Positions 1-11,049 are shown, counted from the stretch's first letter. The stretch: 64,000 bases of DNA from Microcoleaceae cyanobacterium (GCA_051652765.1 JBOFUV010000035.1:1-64000), one strand, 5' to 3'. The notes: generated by a model from the letters alone, not told the origin. Program-made: numbers and translations.

Positions 1-2
1 TT

Positions 3-2972
3 GACACGGAGAGTGCAGCCATTATTAAGACGGTTAAAATCAACAGCAACCCTGGATTAGTCACTCCCAACATCTCAGGCAATACCCTCACCCTGGACTA
101 TCTGGAGAATCAGGTAGGAACGGCGGAGATTACCGTTGAAGCCTTTGCCAATGGCCGATCTGCCACTGACATATTTACCGTTACGGTTAATTCAATTAGT
201 GATCCACCCACCGGGATTAGCCTTGATGACAGCACGATCAACGAAAATCAACCCATTGACACAACAGTGGGCAGGTTCGTTACCACGGACGGTGATGCCG
301 ATGATACCCATACCTATCGTTTTGTTTCTGGGCCTCAAGATGGGGACAACGATACATTCACCATTGTTGGCAGGCAATTGAGAGCCCAAACTATCCTGGA
401 CTTTGAAACACAAGCAACCTACAACATTCGGGTGCAGACGGAGGACAGTCAAGGGCTAACCTTTGAGACTCCTTTGACGATTACGGTCAACAACCTACAG
501 GATGCTCTCAGTCTCTCCAGTCCGTTGGGGGAAATTGTGCTGAATGAAGATCCAGCCAACACCATCATTGACTTATCAGGAGTATTCATTGGAGCCGATC
601 CAGCCGCCGTTATCACTCAGGTCATCACCGCCAACAGCAATCCTGCATTGGTAAATGGCGTGATTTCTGGGGAGATTCTGACCTTGGCGGTTCAACCGGA
701 TCAAGCTGGAACAGCAGAACTCACCTTGGAAGCCACGACCAATGGTCAAACGATTTCGGACACCTTTACGGTTACCGTGAGTCCTACAGATGATCCTCCC
801 AGGGCTGTCAATCCCATTCCTGACATTGCTGTTAATGAAGATACTGTCAATACCACCCTGGATCTATCTGGGATCTTCGATGATATCGACAGTGATGAAA
901 TCATTACTAAAACGGTTCAGTCCAACAGTAACCCTCAATTGGTTAATGTCAGTTTGTCCGGTGAGACTCTCACCTTGGACTATCAAGATAATCAAACTGG
1001 CATAGCAGAAATTACAATCGAGGCCAGTTCCAACGGTCAGACCACAACAGAGAGCTTTACCATTACGGTCAATCCCGTTAACGATGCACCAACCTTTGTC
1101 AGCAATGCCCCAACTAGCGCTGTTCAAGACCAACTCTACACCTACACAATTGCGGCTCAGGATCTAGACTCAGGGGATACGCTGACGTTCACCAGTGTTA
1201 ACCTGCCATCAGCTTGGCTGACCCTAAGAGATAACCGAGATGGCACAGCCACCTTAGCCGGAACTCCGACCAGCGCAGAGGTTGAGAATCCTCAAATCAT
1301 TGAGCTACGGGTTCGGGATGCATCAGGAGCCACTGGCACTCAGAGCTTTATGATTAACGTTGACACCGAGAATCAATCTCCTGTTTTTGCTGGGGTTCCG
1401 GGGACAAGTGTTGATGAGGGCGGATCTTACAGTTTCGTTCCTACAGCCAGTGATCCTGATGGAGATGTGCTGAGCTTTAACATTCAGAATCGACCTAAGT
1501 GGGCCACCTTTAACTTTGCCACTGGTGAACTCAGCGGAAACCCCACGAGTGAGGATGTTGGAACCACAGAAAATGTTGTGATCAGCGTAAGTGACGGTGG
1601 GTCAGTCATTAACTTGCCCGCGTTTAGTTTGACGGTGAATGGGATCAACGATGCCCCCACTGATATTCTCCTCTCCCGAAACAGGATCAATGAGAATGAA
1701 AGCGGAGCCATTATTGGAGAACTCACAGTCATTGACGAGGACAGTGACAGCTTTAGCTACGATGTCAGTGACTCTCGGTTTGAGGTCGTGAATGATCGGC
1801 TTAAACTCAAAGCAGACGTTAGTTTAGACTATGAGACTGAACTAACAGTTGCTCTAACGATTGCGGCCACTGATTCAGGTTCTTTGAGCATTAGTGAACG
1901 CTTTACCCTGCTGGTTAACAATGTTGTTGATGTTGATCCAGAACCCACACCCACACCCACACCCACGCCAACCCCAACGCCCACACCCACGCCCACGCCC
2001 ATACCCACGCCAACCCCAACCCCAGTCATCCGACCCACCCAACCCTCTCCCAGCCCTCGGGGCTCCGATCCCACACCGGGTGAAGAGCCAGAGCCAGATA
2101 TTACGATTACATTGCCAACACCAACGTCTCAGCCCAACCCTCCTAATCTATCTAGTTCTCCTCAGGAAGGTTCTGATGAAAATGATATTCTGCAGGGAAC
2201 ACCAGAGAGTGATATTCTCAGTGGCCTCCAAGGAGATGATGAACTGTACGGTCTCTCAGCCAACGACAACCTGTTTGGCGGTGTCGGAAACGACTTAGTG
2301 AGTGGCAATCCCGGCAGCGATTTTGCTGATGGCGGAGGGGAAAATGACCAGATCTTCGGCGGCAAGGACAATGATACCCTGGTGGGCAACACCGGGGAGG
2401 ATGTTCAGTTTGGAGATATTGGTGAGGATCTACTGTTTGGGGGTGCAGATCGAGACCTACTCTACGGGAACCAAGACGATGACGAGCTGAATGGTGAAGC
2501 GAGTGCAGATGACCTGTTCGGGGGTCAAGGCAATGATTTAATCTTCGGTGGCGCTGGCGATGATCTCCTCTGGGGCGATCGCGGCAGCGATACCTTGAAT
2601 GGTGTAGATGCTGGCGGTTCCAATCCGGGTCGAGGCGAAGTTGACGCTCTGAACGGCGGAGAGAGTGAAACCGATCTGTTCGTCTTGGGGGATCAGAACC
2701 AACCTTACTACGATGATGGCAACGCATCTACCGTAGGTCAGGAAGACTACGCCTTAATTATGGACTTTAATTCTAATGAAGATTTAATTGTCCTAGCCGG
2801 AAACTCAAACCAGTATCTTCAAAATCCTCTCTCAATCAACGGAGTCAGTGGTACCGGGATCTATCGGGATAGCAACACGAACCAGTCCTTCGATGGTAAT
2901 GACGAACTCATTGCTCTGGTGAAGGATGTTACTTTAATCGGCTCAGAGAACGTTTTCAGGTACGCAGTCTAG
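3..2972 (+). CDS. Large secreted Ca2+-binding adhesin-like protein (cadherin/Ig-like repeats, PT linker, RTX nonapeptide repeats); 5' end lies outside the window
   Basis: The frame of ORF 267..2972 is open from base 3 (DTESAAIIKTVKINSNPGLV...). It has ~95-100 aa beta-repeats ending VNDAP/DDPP, cadherin-like LDFET/LDYETE motifs, a (PT)n linker, many GGxGxDxL repeats and a C-terminal DYALIMDF...ELIA segment typical of cyanobacterial T1SS substrates. Confidence 0.85.
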   Translation, partial: DTESAAIIKTVKINSNPGLVTPNISGNTLTLDYLENQVGTAEITVEAFANGRSATDIFTVTVNSISDPPTGISLDDSTINENQPIDTTVGRFVTTDGDADDTHTYRFVSGPQDGDNDTFTIVGRQLRAQTILDFETQATYNIRVQTEDSQGLTFETPLTITVNNLQDALSLSSPLGEIVLNEDPANTIIDLSGVFIGADPAAVITQVITANSNPALVNGVISGEILTLAVQPDQAGTAELTLEATTNGQTISDTFTVTVSPTDDPPRAVNPIPDIAVNEDTVNTTLDLSGIFDDIDSDEIITKTVQSNSNPQLVNVSLSGETLTLDYQDNQTGIAEITIEASSNGQTTTESFTITVNPVNDAPTFVSNAPTSAVQDQLYTYTIAAQDLDSGDTLTFTSVNLPSAWLTLRDNRDGTATLAGTPTSAEVENPQIIELRVRDASGATGTQSFMINVDTENQSPVFAGVPGTSVDEGGSYSFVPTASDPDGDVLSFNIQNRPKWATFNFATGELSGNPTSEDVGTTENVVISVSDGGSVINLPAFSLTVNGINDAPTDILLSRNRINENESGAIIGELTVIDEDSDSFSYDVSDSRFEVVNDRLKLKADVSLDYETELTVALTIAATDSGSLSISERFTLLVNNVVDVDPEPTPTPTPTPTPTPTPTPTPIPTPTPTPVIRPTQPSPSPRGSDPTPGEEPEPDITITLPTPTSQPNPPNLSSSPQEGSDENDILQGTPESDILSGLQGDDELYGLSANDNLFGGVGNDLVSGNPGSDFADGGGENDQIFGGKDNDTLVGNTGEDVQFGDIGEDLLFGGADRDLLYGNQDDDELNGEASADDLFGGQGNDLIFGGAGDDLLWGDRGSDTLNGVDAGGSNPGRGEVDALNGGESETDLFVLGDQNQPYYDDGNASTVGQEDYALIMDFNSNEDLIVLAGNSNQYLQNPLSINGVSGTGIYRDSNTNQSFDGNDELIALVKDVTLIGSENVFRYAV
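1941..2025 (+). repeat. Coding hexamer tandem repeat giving a Pro-Thr linker
   Basis: CCCACA/CCCACG/CCAACC units translate to EPTPTPTPTPTPTPTPTPTPIPTPTPTP. Confidence 0.9.
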
Positions 2973-3036
2973 CTGAAGTCCGGTTAACAAAAAACAAGAG
3001 TTAAGCTCTGGGTCTGAACTCAGGCTGCCACAGTAA

Positions 3037-3168
3037 CAGTTGATTGATATACATTCCTCAATGATTTGTGGGCAGGGGGGGTTTGGGGCATTGACCCTTG
3101 GGACGAACTCTCCAAACCCCTCTCTGGTTTTCTCGTGATTGATTGAGGATTGCTGTAGTGATCAACTG
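3037..3168. mobile_element. MITE-like nested inverted repeat element (degenerate)
   Basis: Outer arms CAGTTGAT..CATTCCTCAAT (3037-3062) and ATTGAGGATTGCTGTAGTGATCAACTG (3142-3168). Inner arms CAGGGGGGGTTTGG (3073-3086) and CCAAACCCCTCTCTG (3112-3126). The ends resemble the TATAGCAATCC...GGATTGCTATA class of cyanobacterial intergenic repeats. Confidence 0.5.
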
Positions 3169-3187
3169 CCAGTTCATAACATTGATC

Positions 3188-3224
3188 GTCCTGACTTGAG
3201 TTAAAGTCTAGCTGAAGTCAGGAC
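3188..3224. repeat. REP-like hairpin
   Basis: Perfect 10-bp stem GTCCTGACTT / AAGTCAGGAC. Confidence 0.5.
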
Positions 3225-3494
3225 TACGAGTAATTTTTGCATCCAAAAGTTCTGATGGAAGTCAGAGTTTAGGGATTCTCTTGGCGATCACCCGACCGAT
3301 CTCAAGGGATGCTGTTGCTGCTGGGGAAGGAGCATTACAACAGACTTCCCGGTTTATAATAGATGCCAGAGTGAACTGGTTTGATCGGGGGGCAAGACGG
3401 TTTTCTTTTTCTATTTTCTAGTCCCAAACTCTTTGCTTGAGGTTGATATTGGCCAAGTGCCACCGCTACTGATAAGCCCACAATTCCACCCCCA

Positions 3495-4547
3495 ATGACT
3501 GCAAAATCCTACGTTCCTTCTCCCTCTCGTTTAGCAATTACGTTAGGTGATCCGGCAGGAATCGGCCCTGAGGTCGTCCTCAAAGCCCTGGCTGACCCCA
3601 GCCTGACTCAAGCTTGTGAGATTACCCTGGTTGGTAACCGTTCTGTGCTGTCCCAAACTTACCATCATCTTCGGAAGCAGTCCTTGGTGTTGGCCGATCC
3701 AGAACAATTCTCCATCCTTGAGGTTGAACCGGAAATCTCTCTCAAGGTGCAGTTGGGAGAGGGAAACGCGACAACTGGGGCTGCCAGTTTTGCCTACCTA
3801 GACCAAGCGATCGCCCAGACTTTGGCCGGGAATTTTCAGGGAATCGTCACTGCTCCCATTGCTAAAACCCTCTGGAAAGCCGCAGGGCAAAACTACCCAG
3901 GACAAACAGAACTCCTGGCAGAACGGGCTGGAGTTGAACGGTTTGGGATGTTGTTTGTGGCGCGATCGCCCCACACTGATTGGATACTTCGAACCTTGTT
4001 AGCGACAACTCACATTCCTCTGGCTCAAGTCTCCGAGCAGTTAACTCCAGAACGGTTAACCCAAAAGTTAGAGCTACTGATCGCCTGTCTCAAACACGAC
4101 TTTGGTTTAACCCATCCTAGAATTGCTGTGGCGGGCTTGAATCCCCACAGCGGAGAGCAGGGACAATTGGGAACTGAGGAACGAGATCGGTTAATCCCTT
4201 GGCTGGAGCAGATGCGCGATCGCCATCCTCAGGTTCTGCTTGATGGCCCTGTTCCTGCGGATACTCTCTGGGTGAAGCCCGGTCAGGCTTGGTTTGGAAC
4301 AGCCACCAATGCCCACGATGCCTATTTTGCCCTGTACCATGATCAGGGTTTGATTCCTGTAAAGTTGATGGCGTTTGATCGAGCGGTGAATACAACCCTC
4401 GGTTTGCCCTTTGTGCGTACGTCTCCCGATCACGGCACGGCGTTTGACATTGCAAACCGGGGAATTGCTGATGCAAGGAGTATGACGGCAGCAATTCAGC
4501 TCGCGATTGATCTGATTCAAATGCGTCGGACTGAAGAGACGCCATGA
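3495..4547 (+). CDS. pdxA: 4-hydroxythreonine-4-phosphate dehydrogenase
   Basis: Motifs [51 protein letters not shown]. Confidence 0.97.
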   Translation: MTAKSYVPSPSRLAITLGDPAGIGPEVVLKALADPSLTQACEITLVGNRSVLSQTYHHLRKQSLVLADPEQFSILEVEPEISLKVQLGEGNATTGAASFAYLDQAIAQTLAGNFQGIVTAPIAKTLWKAAGQNYPGQTELLAERAGVERFGMLFVARSPHTDWILRTLLATTHIPLAQVSEQLTPERLTQKLELLIACLKHDFGLTHPRIAVAGLNPHSGEQGQLGTEERDRLIPWLEQMRDRHPQVLLDGPVPADTLWVKPGQAWFGTATNAHDAYFALYHDQGLIPVKLMAFDRAVNTTLGLPFVRTSPDHGTAFDIANRGIADARSMTAAIQLAIDLIQMRRTEETP

Positions 4548-4593
4548 AGTTCATACCCAACTTTCATCTCTCTGAAATGGCAGCGGTCATGCT

Positions 4594-5838
4594 TTAAGGT
4601 TTAGTTTTAAGGTCTGATTTTAAGGCTTGATCAGCAGACTTTAACAGGTTCTCAGCTTGATTTTCCCAACTAAATTGTTTTGCTGCTGCCAACGCTGCTG
4701 CCTTTGCCGAGGCAAGTTTTTCAGGATGGGTCAACAACTCGGTCAGGGCATCAGCTAGTGCGACTGGATCTTCACAGGGAATCATCCGACCGATGGTTGA
4801 AAATTGGGAGAAAATCTCTTGCTGACCTTGAGTATCCGTCGCAATCACCGCTAAGCCCGCCTGTAAATATTGAAACAACTTGTTGGTCACCGTTAAGTTG
4901 CGACTCAGAACTTCAGTTTGCTCCAAGGCTAAGCCAATATCGTGTTCAGCAATCCGAGACAATAACTCATGATTAGGAACAGTGGGGTGAATGAAAATGT
5001 GATCTCGCCACTCTGAGGAAACCTGATTTTCAATCCAGGTTCGAGTTGATTCTGGGCAGATTCCTCTCAAATGGATTTCAAGTGGTTTTTTTAAATAAGC
5101 TAATGCTTGGAATAAAGTTTCAAGTCCTCGTCCCGGCCCAACTTTTTGAGAAAACCAGTGTAAGGACGGCAAGCTTAAATTGTGTCGATCTTTATTTTTA
5201 CCATCAATTAATTCTCGCTCTGCCCAGGGAAAAGAGTTGTAAATTACAGTGGGTTTTGGAGCATGATAAGTGTTTGCTAAAGCTTCAGCAAGAGCGTGAG
5301 AAGTTGTCAAACAATAGGTACAGTTTTGAGTGAGAAACTGTTCCAGTATTTTCAACTGTTTGACAGGCCGAGTTGTCCTAGCAACAGGGAGTAAATCTTC
5401 TGAAAACCAATCTTCAAAATCCACCCCAACTCGGTAGCCTGCATTCAATAATTGCTTCCCTGCCCAAAGCCCAGTTTCAGAATGAACAATCGTTAAATCA
5501 GCTCGAGCTTGGCGAGCAACTTTCAACATAGCTGTTGCTCCGTAACCTAATAATCCAGGGGAAAATTTACCCCATTTTTGGTATATTACCTTAGCCAATC
5601 TTGATTCAAATCGAATTTTCCAGTTGTTAATTCGATGATTAGGTTGAAAGTCAAGAATAGGTTTGAACTGCCATTTTTTCTGAGGAATTAACAGGCGATC
5701 GCGCTCCACCAATTCAGGGTCAAACCAAAATCCCTGAACAGTAACTTCATGTCCGGCTGCCGCTAGAGCATCTGCTTCCTTTTGAGGGCGAGGCGCAGTA
5801 CACAAGTGAGCACCAATTAAAATTAGAATTTTAGCCAT
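4594..5838 (-). CDS. Glycosyltransferase, GT-B / family 4-like
   Basis: C-terminal NKLFQYLQAGLAVIATDT and FSWE motifs; lies in a glycosyltransferase operon. Confidence 0.85.
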   Translation of the reverse strand: MAKILILIGAHLCTAPRPQKEADALAAAGHEVTVQGFWFDPELVERDRLLIPQKKWQFKPILDFQPNHRINNWKIRFESRLAKVIYQKWGKFSPGLLGYGATAMLKVARQARADLTIVHSETGLWAGKQLLNAGYRVGVDFEDWFSEDLLPVARTTRPVKQLKILEQFLTQNCTYCLTTSHALAEALANTYHAPKPTVIYNSFPWAERELIDGKNKDRHNLSLPSLHWFSQKVGPGRGLETLFQALAYLKKPLEIHLRGICPESTRTWIENQVSSEWRDHIFIHPTVPNHELLSRIAEHDIGLALEQTEVLSRNLTVTNKLFQYLQAGLAVIATDTQGQQEIFSQFSTIGRMIPCEDPVALADALTELLTHPEKLASAKAAALAAAKQFSWENQAENLLKSADQALKSDLKTKP

Positions 5839-5869
5839 GAAAATTCAGTCCTAAGAATCAAGGTCTATT

Positions 5870-6883
5870 CTATATTTCCTTAAATCCTGAATGTTGTGCT
5901 TCTTGAACTTTTAGTGCAGTCTGCTGATCCAAAAAATTCCATAGATTTTGATTGGAAACTACTGACTTTAAAGCCTGCCAGAAAACCAGTGGTCTCTTTA
6001 AAGAAGTTGCTATAAAGAATGTCCAATCTTCTAAAATCGCGTATTTTAGTAAATATCTACATTCTGGGAAAATCAAAGCAGAAAAAAACAAAGTTCCCGT
6101 AGATTTTGCGGTCTTCGATCGAGCTTCTTTCCAGATCTCATACAATGTCTCTTCTGAAAAACGAACATTTTTAAAGAAGCTTCCAGCGAGTAAAACTTGA
6201 CTTTGAACATAGTGACAACGGTTCTTACTCGGGGAAGTATTTTTAGTGACAGCAAAATTTGCTAATCGTTCAGAAACAAACAGAATTGGATACTGAAACA
6301 TTCTCTCTCTTACTGCCTCTATATCAGTAGATAATGTTTCTTCAGGAACAACATAGTTATATTCAGATCGAACTAACATTGCTCCTTGTGAATGTAAGGC
6401 TCCTCGGATGTTATGAAGATTTGGCCAACCAAAAAGTTTGTAGCTATCTGAAATAATCGTCATCTCATCCCAGATATTTTTTCCCGTATCTGTCCAAGTT
6501 TGGTCATTTTCCTCTTTCCAAAGGCGCATATTGGCCCAGGCTACTGAAGCGGATGGATATCTTTCCAGGGCCTCAAGCATTTTTTCTAAAAATTCAGCTT
6601 CCCACCAGTTATCATCCTCCAATAAACTAACAAATGGTTCAGAAGCTGGTTGAAATATTAAGTTAAATGTTCGAGTTGCCCCCAGATTTTTTGCGTGGTT
6701 AACGACTGAAATTCTTGGATCAGCAATTTTTTCAACCAATTGCTGTGGAAAAAGATCTTGTGGATCATCATTATGTAATTCACAAACCCAATCTTTCATG
6801 GTTTGATCTAAAAGACTCTCTAAAGCACGTTTTAAAAGATGATTTCGTTGATAGGTACAGAGATAAATACGACAAATAGCCAT
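5870..6883 (-). CDS. Glycosyltransferase family 2
   Basis: N-terminal LCTYQR...ALESLL.Q, HNDD, NLG and LLEDDNWW (DxD-like) motifs. Confidence 0.85.
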   Translation of the reverse strand: MAICRIYLCTYQRNHLLKRALESLLDQTMKDWVCELHNDDPQDLFPQQLVEKIADPRISVVNHAKNLGATRTFNLIFQPASEPFVSLLEDDNWWEAEFLEKMLEALERYPSASVAWANMRLWKEENDQTWTDTGKNIWDEMTIISDSYKLFGWPNLHNIRGALHSQGAMLVRSEYNYVVPEETLSTDIEAVRERMFQYPILFVSERLANFAVTKNTSPSKNRCHYVQSQVLLAGSFFKNVRFSEETLYEIWKEARSKTAKSTGTLFFSALIFPECRYLLKYAILEDWTFFIATSLKRPLVFWQALKSVVSNQNLWNFLDQQTALKVQEAQHSGFKEI

Positions 6884-6969
6884 TCTTTAAATCCTCAATC
6901 GTTTTAATATTAAAAATCATTTAGTAGATCAATTCAAATCGAAATATTTTGAAAAAAACATGATATTTA

Positions 6970-7905
6970 CTAAATTATCTTTTGCAGCCTTTTTACAACC
7001 TTCCAACCAACTAAAGCAGAGAGAAGTTTTGATTTTGCCCCCAATTCGGGTGTCAGATTCGATCCACCTAATTCCTGAATTTTAGCTTGTGCTTTTTGTT
7101 GTAAATCAGGAACATCTGGGTAAACTTCGTAAATAAAACGTTGAAAGACTGTAGCACAAACGTGGCGCGTCCGAGCCGTATTTTCACTTGTTAATAAGTT
7201 ATTGGTTCCTTTTTCTAAGGATAAAAAAGCAGATTCCCAAGCAGAACGAGATTTTGAGCCGCTCAAACTACTAGAAATCCCAGATCTGTAGTAGGTTTTA
7301 GCACCCCAACAAAACTTTACTCCTTGACTGGCCAGTAGAATCCGGCTGAAATAATCAAAGTCATTAATGAGTGATAATCTTTCATCCCAAGGGCCTGCTT
7401 TCTCAGCAACCTTTCTAGGAATCAACCATGCTGCTCCATGCATCATCAAGTGATTTTCCCAGGCATGAATTAACCAATCAATTGAACTAAAGTCAGCCCA
7501 AAGGAGTTGAGGAATAAACAGAGCTTCTTGAGTTGATTGATAAAATCTTGCCCACTCCCCTGATGCTACAAATTCAGAGTCACCATCCTTTAAAAGCTGA
7601 ATTTGACGTTCAATTTTGTTGGGTTCTAGGAGATCATCTGCATCTAAATACTGAATAAAATCTCCTTGTGCTTCCTGTAAAGCTCGATTTTCAGATGCAC
7701 TTTGACCTTGATTTTCCTGATGAATAACTTTAACAACAGATGACTCAAAGTCCTTGGCAACAGCTAAACTTTTGTCTTTTGAGCCATCATCAACAACAAT
7801 AATCTCTATATTCTTCCAGGATTGTGTGAGTGCAGACGTTAAGGTCTCAGCGAGAAAACTTTCAGCGTTGTAACAGGGAATTAAGATGGAAACTAAGGGT
7901 TTCAT
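6970..7905 (-). CDS. Glycosyltransferase family 2
   Basis: VSILIPCYN, VVDDGSKD and YLDADD motifs. Confidence 0.93.
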   Translation of the reverse strand: MKPLVSILIPCYNAESFLAETLTSALTQSWKNIEIIVVDDGSKDKSLAVAKDFESSVVKVIHQENQGQSASENRALQEAQGDFIQYLDADDLLEPNKIERQIQLLKDGDSEFVASGEWARFYQSTQEALFIPQLLWADFSSIDWLIHAWENHLMMHGAAWLIPRKVAEKAGPWDERLSLINDFDYFSRILLASQGVKFCWGAKTYYRSGISSSLSGSKSRSAWESAFLSLEKGTNNLLTSENTARTRHVCATVFQRFIYEVYPDVPDLQQKAQAKIQELGGSNLTPELGAKSKLLSALVGWKVVKRLQKII

Positions 7906-7982
7906 GTCTAATTTACAGGTATTTTTAGGTTAACTTAAAGCCTGAATTTTTCTGAGAAGCATGACTTTTAGTAAGTGTAACT

Positions 7983-8951
7983 TTACAAATGACTTTTAAA
8001 AACATGTTTCCAGCCATAACGAAAATACCAAGGCTTTGAATCAGCTACATAATGGTGCAGAATTGCTCGAGGATTAATAACTTCCCCTTGATTCGGCATT
8101 ACAACATAGTCTTTTTCGGGCACAACTACACAAGATTGACCTGCCATTAACATTGCTGTTAATGCCTGTTCTTGGTAATAATGAGTTCCTTCCTTCTCAA
8201 TTAGAGTTCTACACCAAAATTCAAGCTGTTCCCAGTCAATTTCATCACTGTTTAAGCCGCAAATTCCAACATTCAAACGCTCAGGAATTTCGGCTTGTGC
8301 TAACGATTGCATTAGGAGATTTGAATATCCATAGGATGTTTCTACATCGACCATGTGGCATGGATACTGAGGAAATTTCAACCAATCAATAAGCTGAATA
8401 GGATTGTTAAAAAATAACATGTCCGAATCCAGCACTAACTTCCATCCCCTAGACCCAACATGAATGTCTGTAAGCTTTCGCATATTAGGGTAATGATCCC
8501 GGCGTTCTCTAAGGGAAGGGAATTTACACTCTGGCAGATGTTGCTCTATCTGTTCTTCGATCTCTTGGATTAAAAATACTTCTGCATTTGGGAAAATTCT
8601 TTTAATTTCTTGAACATAATGACTAGAAAGATTGCCATCATCGTAAATGACCGGACATAGATTAAGTCCAGATTGTTGAATCATTGAGTAAGCACAGAAA
8701 CAGGTTTGATACCAAAATTTTTTTCCAGTTAGGAAGTAGATTTTCAATAATGGTTCTGAACTTTCAATCTTAATGGGTTGTAGTTGATAAGCTGCTGTCT
8801 CCATCTGCTGACGGGCTTTTTCATCTCCAGCCCGTCGAATTGGATCTCGATGAATGTATTTTTGAATTAATCCTTTAGGAGTATAGTAAACCTGGTAAGC
8901 AATGACCCCTAAATTTAGAGATTTCGCGACTTTCTTTAATGATAGATTCAT
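7983..8951 (-). CDS. Putative GT-A fold glycosyltransferase (GT8-like)
   Basis: LVLDSDMLFF (DxD), LNVGI, EQALTAML and HHYVADSKPW motifs; operon context. Confidence 0.65.
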   Translation of the reverse strand: MNLSLKKVAKSLNLGVIAYQVYYTPKGLIQKYIHRDPIRRAGDEKARQQMETAAYQLQPIKIESSEPLLKIYFLTGKKFWYQTCFCAYSMIQQSGLNLCPVIYDDGNLSSHYVQEIKRIFPNAEVFLIQEIEEQIEQHLPECKFPSLRERRDHYPNMRKLTDIHVGSRGWKLVLDSDMLFFNNPIQLIDWLKFPQYPCHMVDVETSYGYSNLLMQSLAQAEIPERLNVGICGLNSDEIDWEQLEFWCRTLIEKEGTHYYQEQALTAMLMAGQSCVVVPEKDYVVMPNQGEVINPRAILHHYVADSKPWYFRYGWKHVFKSHL

Positions 8952-8969
8952 CTTTCTCCTTAAGCTAAT

Positions 8970-9986
8970 CTAGGCCAAACAACTCACTAGTTGACGTAGT
9001 TCTGTTTCATTAATTGTCCGGATTTTTGAATAACTAGGTCTTTGAAAATATCTCAGAACACGACCAGCATTTTCAACACCAATTGCTTTAGTTAAAAGTT
9101 GAAAGTTTTTGCCTCCTAATCTTGAATTGGACAGTTTAGGTGAGCTTTTCCAAACAGCGAGAATTTTACTTTCAAATATTGAGTTAAAATGATTAGGCAA
9201 TCTCCGCCAAGATATAAAGGCACACTCACCAATATATTGACGTGCTGTTAATGTTTTTTCGTTGTTGGGACAGTTTTTGATAAATTCCAACATTAGTGCT
9301 AAAGATGCGACTCCCAATCTTTCCCAATGTTGGGTAAATCTATCCTCATTATGTTGAGTGCCAACTGTATAGTGACCATTCACCTTAATCACTTTTGCTG
9401 GATAAATCGCCAAGTTATAATACATCCAAACATCTCCAACTGAATCAAAGATTCGATTTTGAGGAACTAAGGGATTTTCCAAATATTGCAGAATATAGGA
9501 ATGTCTATAAATCGGACTATGAGGCATTGGTTGAACTTTTAGATAAAATTCTGCCGCTTCTTTAACAGTAGGTAAAATCCCAGTTGACTGAAAAACTAGT
9601 GAGTCATAGGAGCCTGTTAGAGTAGTTACCGCATTATCTGTGTAAGAAATGTCAGCTCCTTGTTCTTGCATTTGACTCACTTGAGTTATTAGCTTATCTG
9701 GATGAACAAGATCGTCTGAATCCAAGAATAAGATGTACTCTCCAGTTGCCTGTTTTAAGCCTGTTTGTCTTGCTACAATTGATCCCTGATTATCTTGACG
9801 GATAAAGCGTATTGGTAAATGATTAAATTCTTCTAGTTGATTGTTTAAAGGAATTGTTGAACCATCATCAACTACCAAGATCTCAACTTTTAGGGATTGG
9901 ATTGCTCTAGCAACACTCTCTAAAGTGTACCTTAGCAAATCCACTCGATTGTAGGCAGGAATAACAACGGATAAATCTACAAGCAT
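8970..9986 (-). CDS. Glycosyltransferase family 2
   Basis: SVVIPAYN, VVDDGS and FLDSDD motifs. Confidence 0.92.
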   Translation of the reverse strand: MLVDLSVVIPAYNRVDLLRYTLESVARAIQSLKVEILVVDDGSTIPLNNQLEEFNHLPIRFIRQDNQGSIVARQTGLKQATGEYILFLDSDDLVHPDKLITQVSQMQEQGADISYTDNAVTTLTGSYDSLVFQSTGILPTVKEAAEFYLKVQPMPHSPIYRHSYILQYLENPLVPQNRIFDSVGDVWMYYNLAIYPAKVIKVNGHYTVGTQHNEDRFTQHWERLGVASLALMLEFIKNCPNNEKTLTARQYIGECAFISWRRLPNHFNSIFESKILAVWKSSPKLSNSRLGGKNFQLLTKAIGVENAGRVLRYFQRPSYSKIRTINETELRQLVSCLA

Positions 9987-10070
9987 TGCTATAAGTTCGC
10001 TTACTTCTAATTTCTTAAACAGAGTTTTTTTTCGATATCCGGAGAATTACAGGATAATCATCATAAAGAC

Positions 10071-11024
10071 TTAATCCTTCAGTTCTCCTAATCCTTCAAA
10101 CGCTCCACAGGCTCCCTGCCAGCGAATATAGGATTGTGCATCTCTCCAGGGTTGATAAGTCAAAAATGCCTTGATTTGCCTTGGTAAAACTGTCCAGCGA
10201 GCAACTTTCTGCCAAGGTCGAAGTCCATGAGCATCCAAAACTTGAACCCATGAGCGGGATATGGCTCGATTTAATCGGGCTAGATAATCTTTGGCTAAAC
10301 GACCCGAAGGAATTAAGTGAAGCAACTGAAGTTGAGGAAAATATCCAACTCCCCAACCTGCCCCCAGTAGAGTTAGAACAATGTCATTATCTTCGCCAGA
10401 GATGAGTTTTTTGCCTGTACGACCCAGGGCAAGTCTATTCTGACTTGAAACGACTTGTTGGGCATAGATTTCTGCTGCTGCTCGCCGTAAAACTAAACCT
10501 GCGCCAATTGGAGCAAATGCAGGATATTGCTTGGGTAAAGTGGATTGAGTCAGCGTATTTTCCCAAGAATAAACTTGGATTTCATCTCCAAAATCACGGA
10601 GTCCTAACAACCCACTAATTTCTGAAATCCAAGGTTCTGGTTTGATTTCATAATCTGGTATTGTCTTGCCACCAATTGCTCCTAATGTTGGATAGTTTTC
10701 AAAAATGTCAATCACATTTTTCAGGTAGTTACTATCAAAAACATTATCATCATCAGCAAAGACAAAGATCTCACCAACTGCTTCTTTAAACCCACACAAT
10801 CTCGCATTTGCTAGACCCAGCTTTTCTTCTCGAACACAACGAGCTGTTGGATGCCAATTTAAGTTCACTTCAGTAGAAAGAGACTTTTCACTAGCGTTAT
10901 CAACCACCAAAAGTTCCCAACTATCTTTAGATAATGTCTGGGATTTTAGTGCTTCCAAGACTCGATTGATATACTGAGGACGAGGGTTATGGGTACAGAT
11001 AATCACACTAATTATTTTCATCAT
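10071..11024 (-). CDS. Glycosyltransferase family 2
   Basis: SVIICTHN, VVDNAS, FADDDN and GED motifs. Confidence 0.92.
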   Translation of the reverse strand: MMKIISVIICTHNPRPQYINRVLEALKSQTLSKDSWELLVVDNASEKSLSTEVNLNWHPTARCVREEKLGLANARLCGFKEAVGEIFVFADDDNVFDSNYLKNVIDIFENYPTLGAIGGKTIPDYEIKPEPWISEISGLLGLRDFGDEIQVYSWENTLTQSTLPKQYPAFAPIGAGLVLRRAAAEIYAQQVVSSQNRLALGRTGKKLISGEDNDIVLTLLGAGWGVGYFPQLQLLHLIPSGRLAKDYLARLNRAISRSWVQVLDAHGLRPWQKVARWTVLPRQIKAFLTYQPWRDAQSYIRWQGACGAFEGLGELKD

Positions 11025-11049
11025 TGGTTCTTTTTGTTAGAGAAACTTC

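Noticed and set aside
267..269. ORF-track start of the adhesin
   Set aside because: The frame is open to the window edge and continues the repeat pattern, so the true start is upstream.
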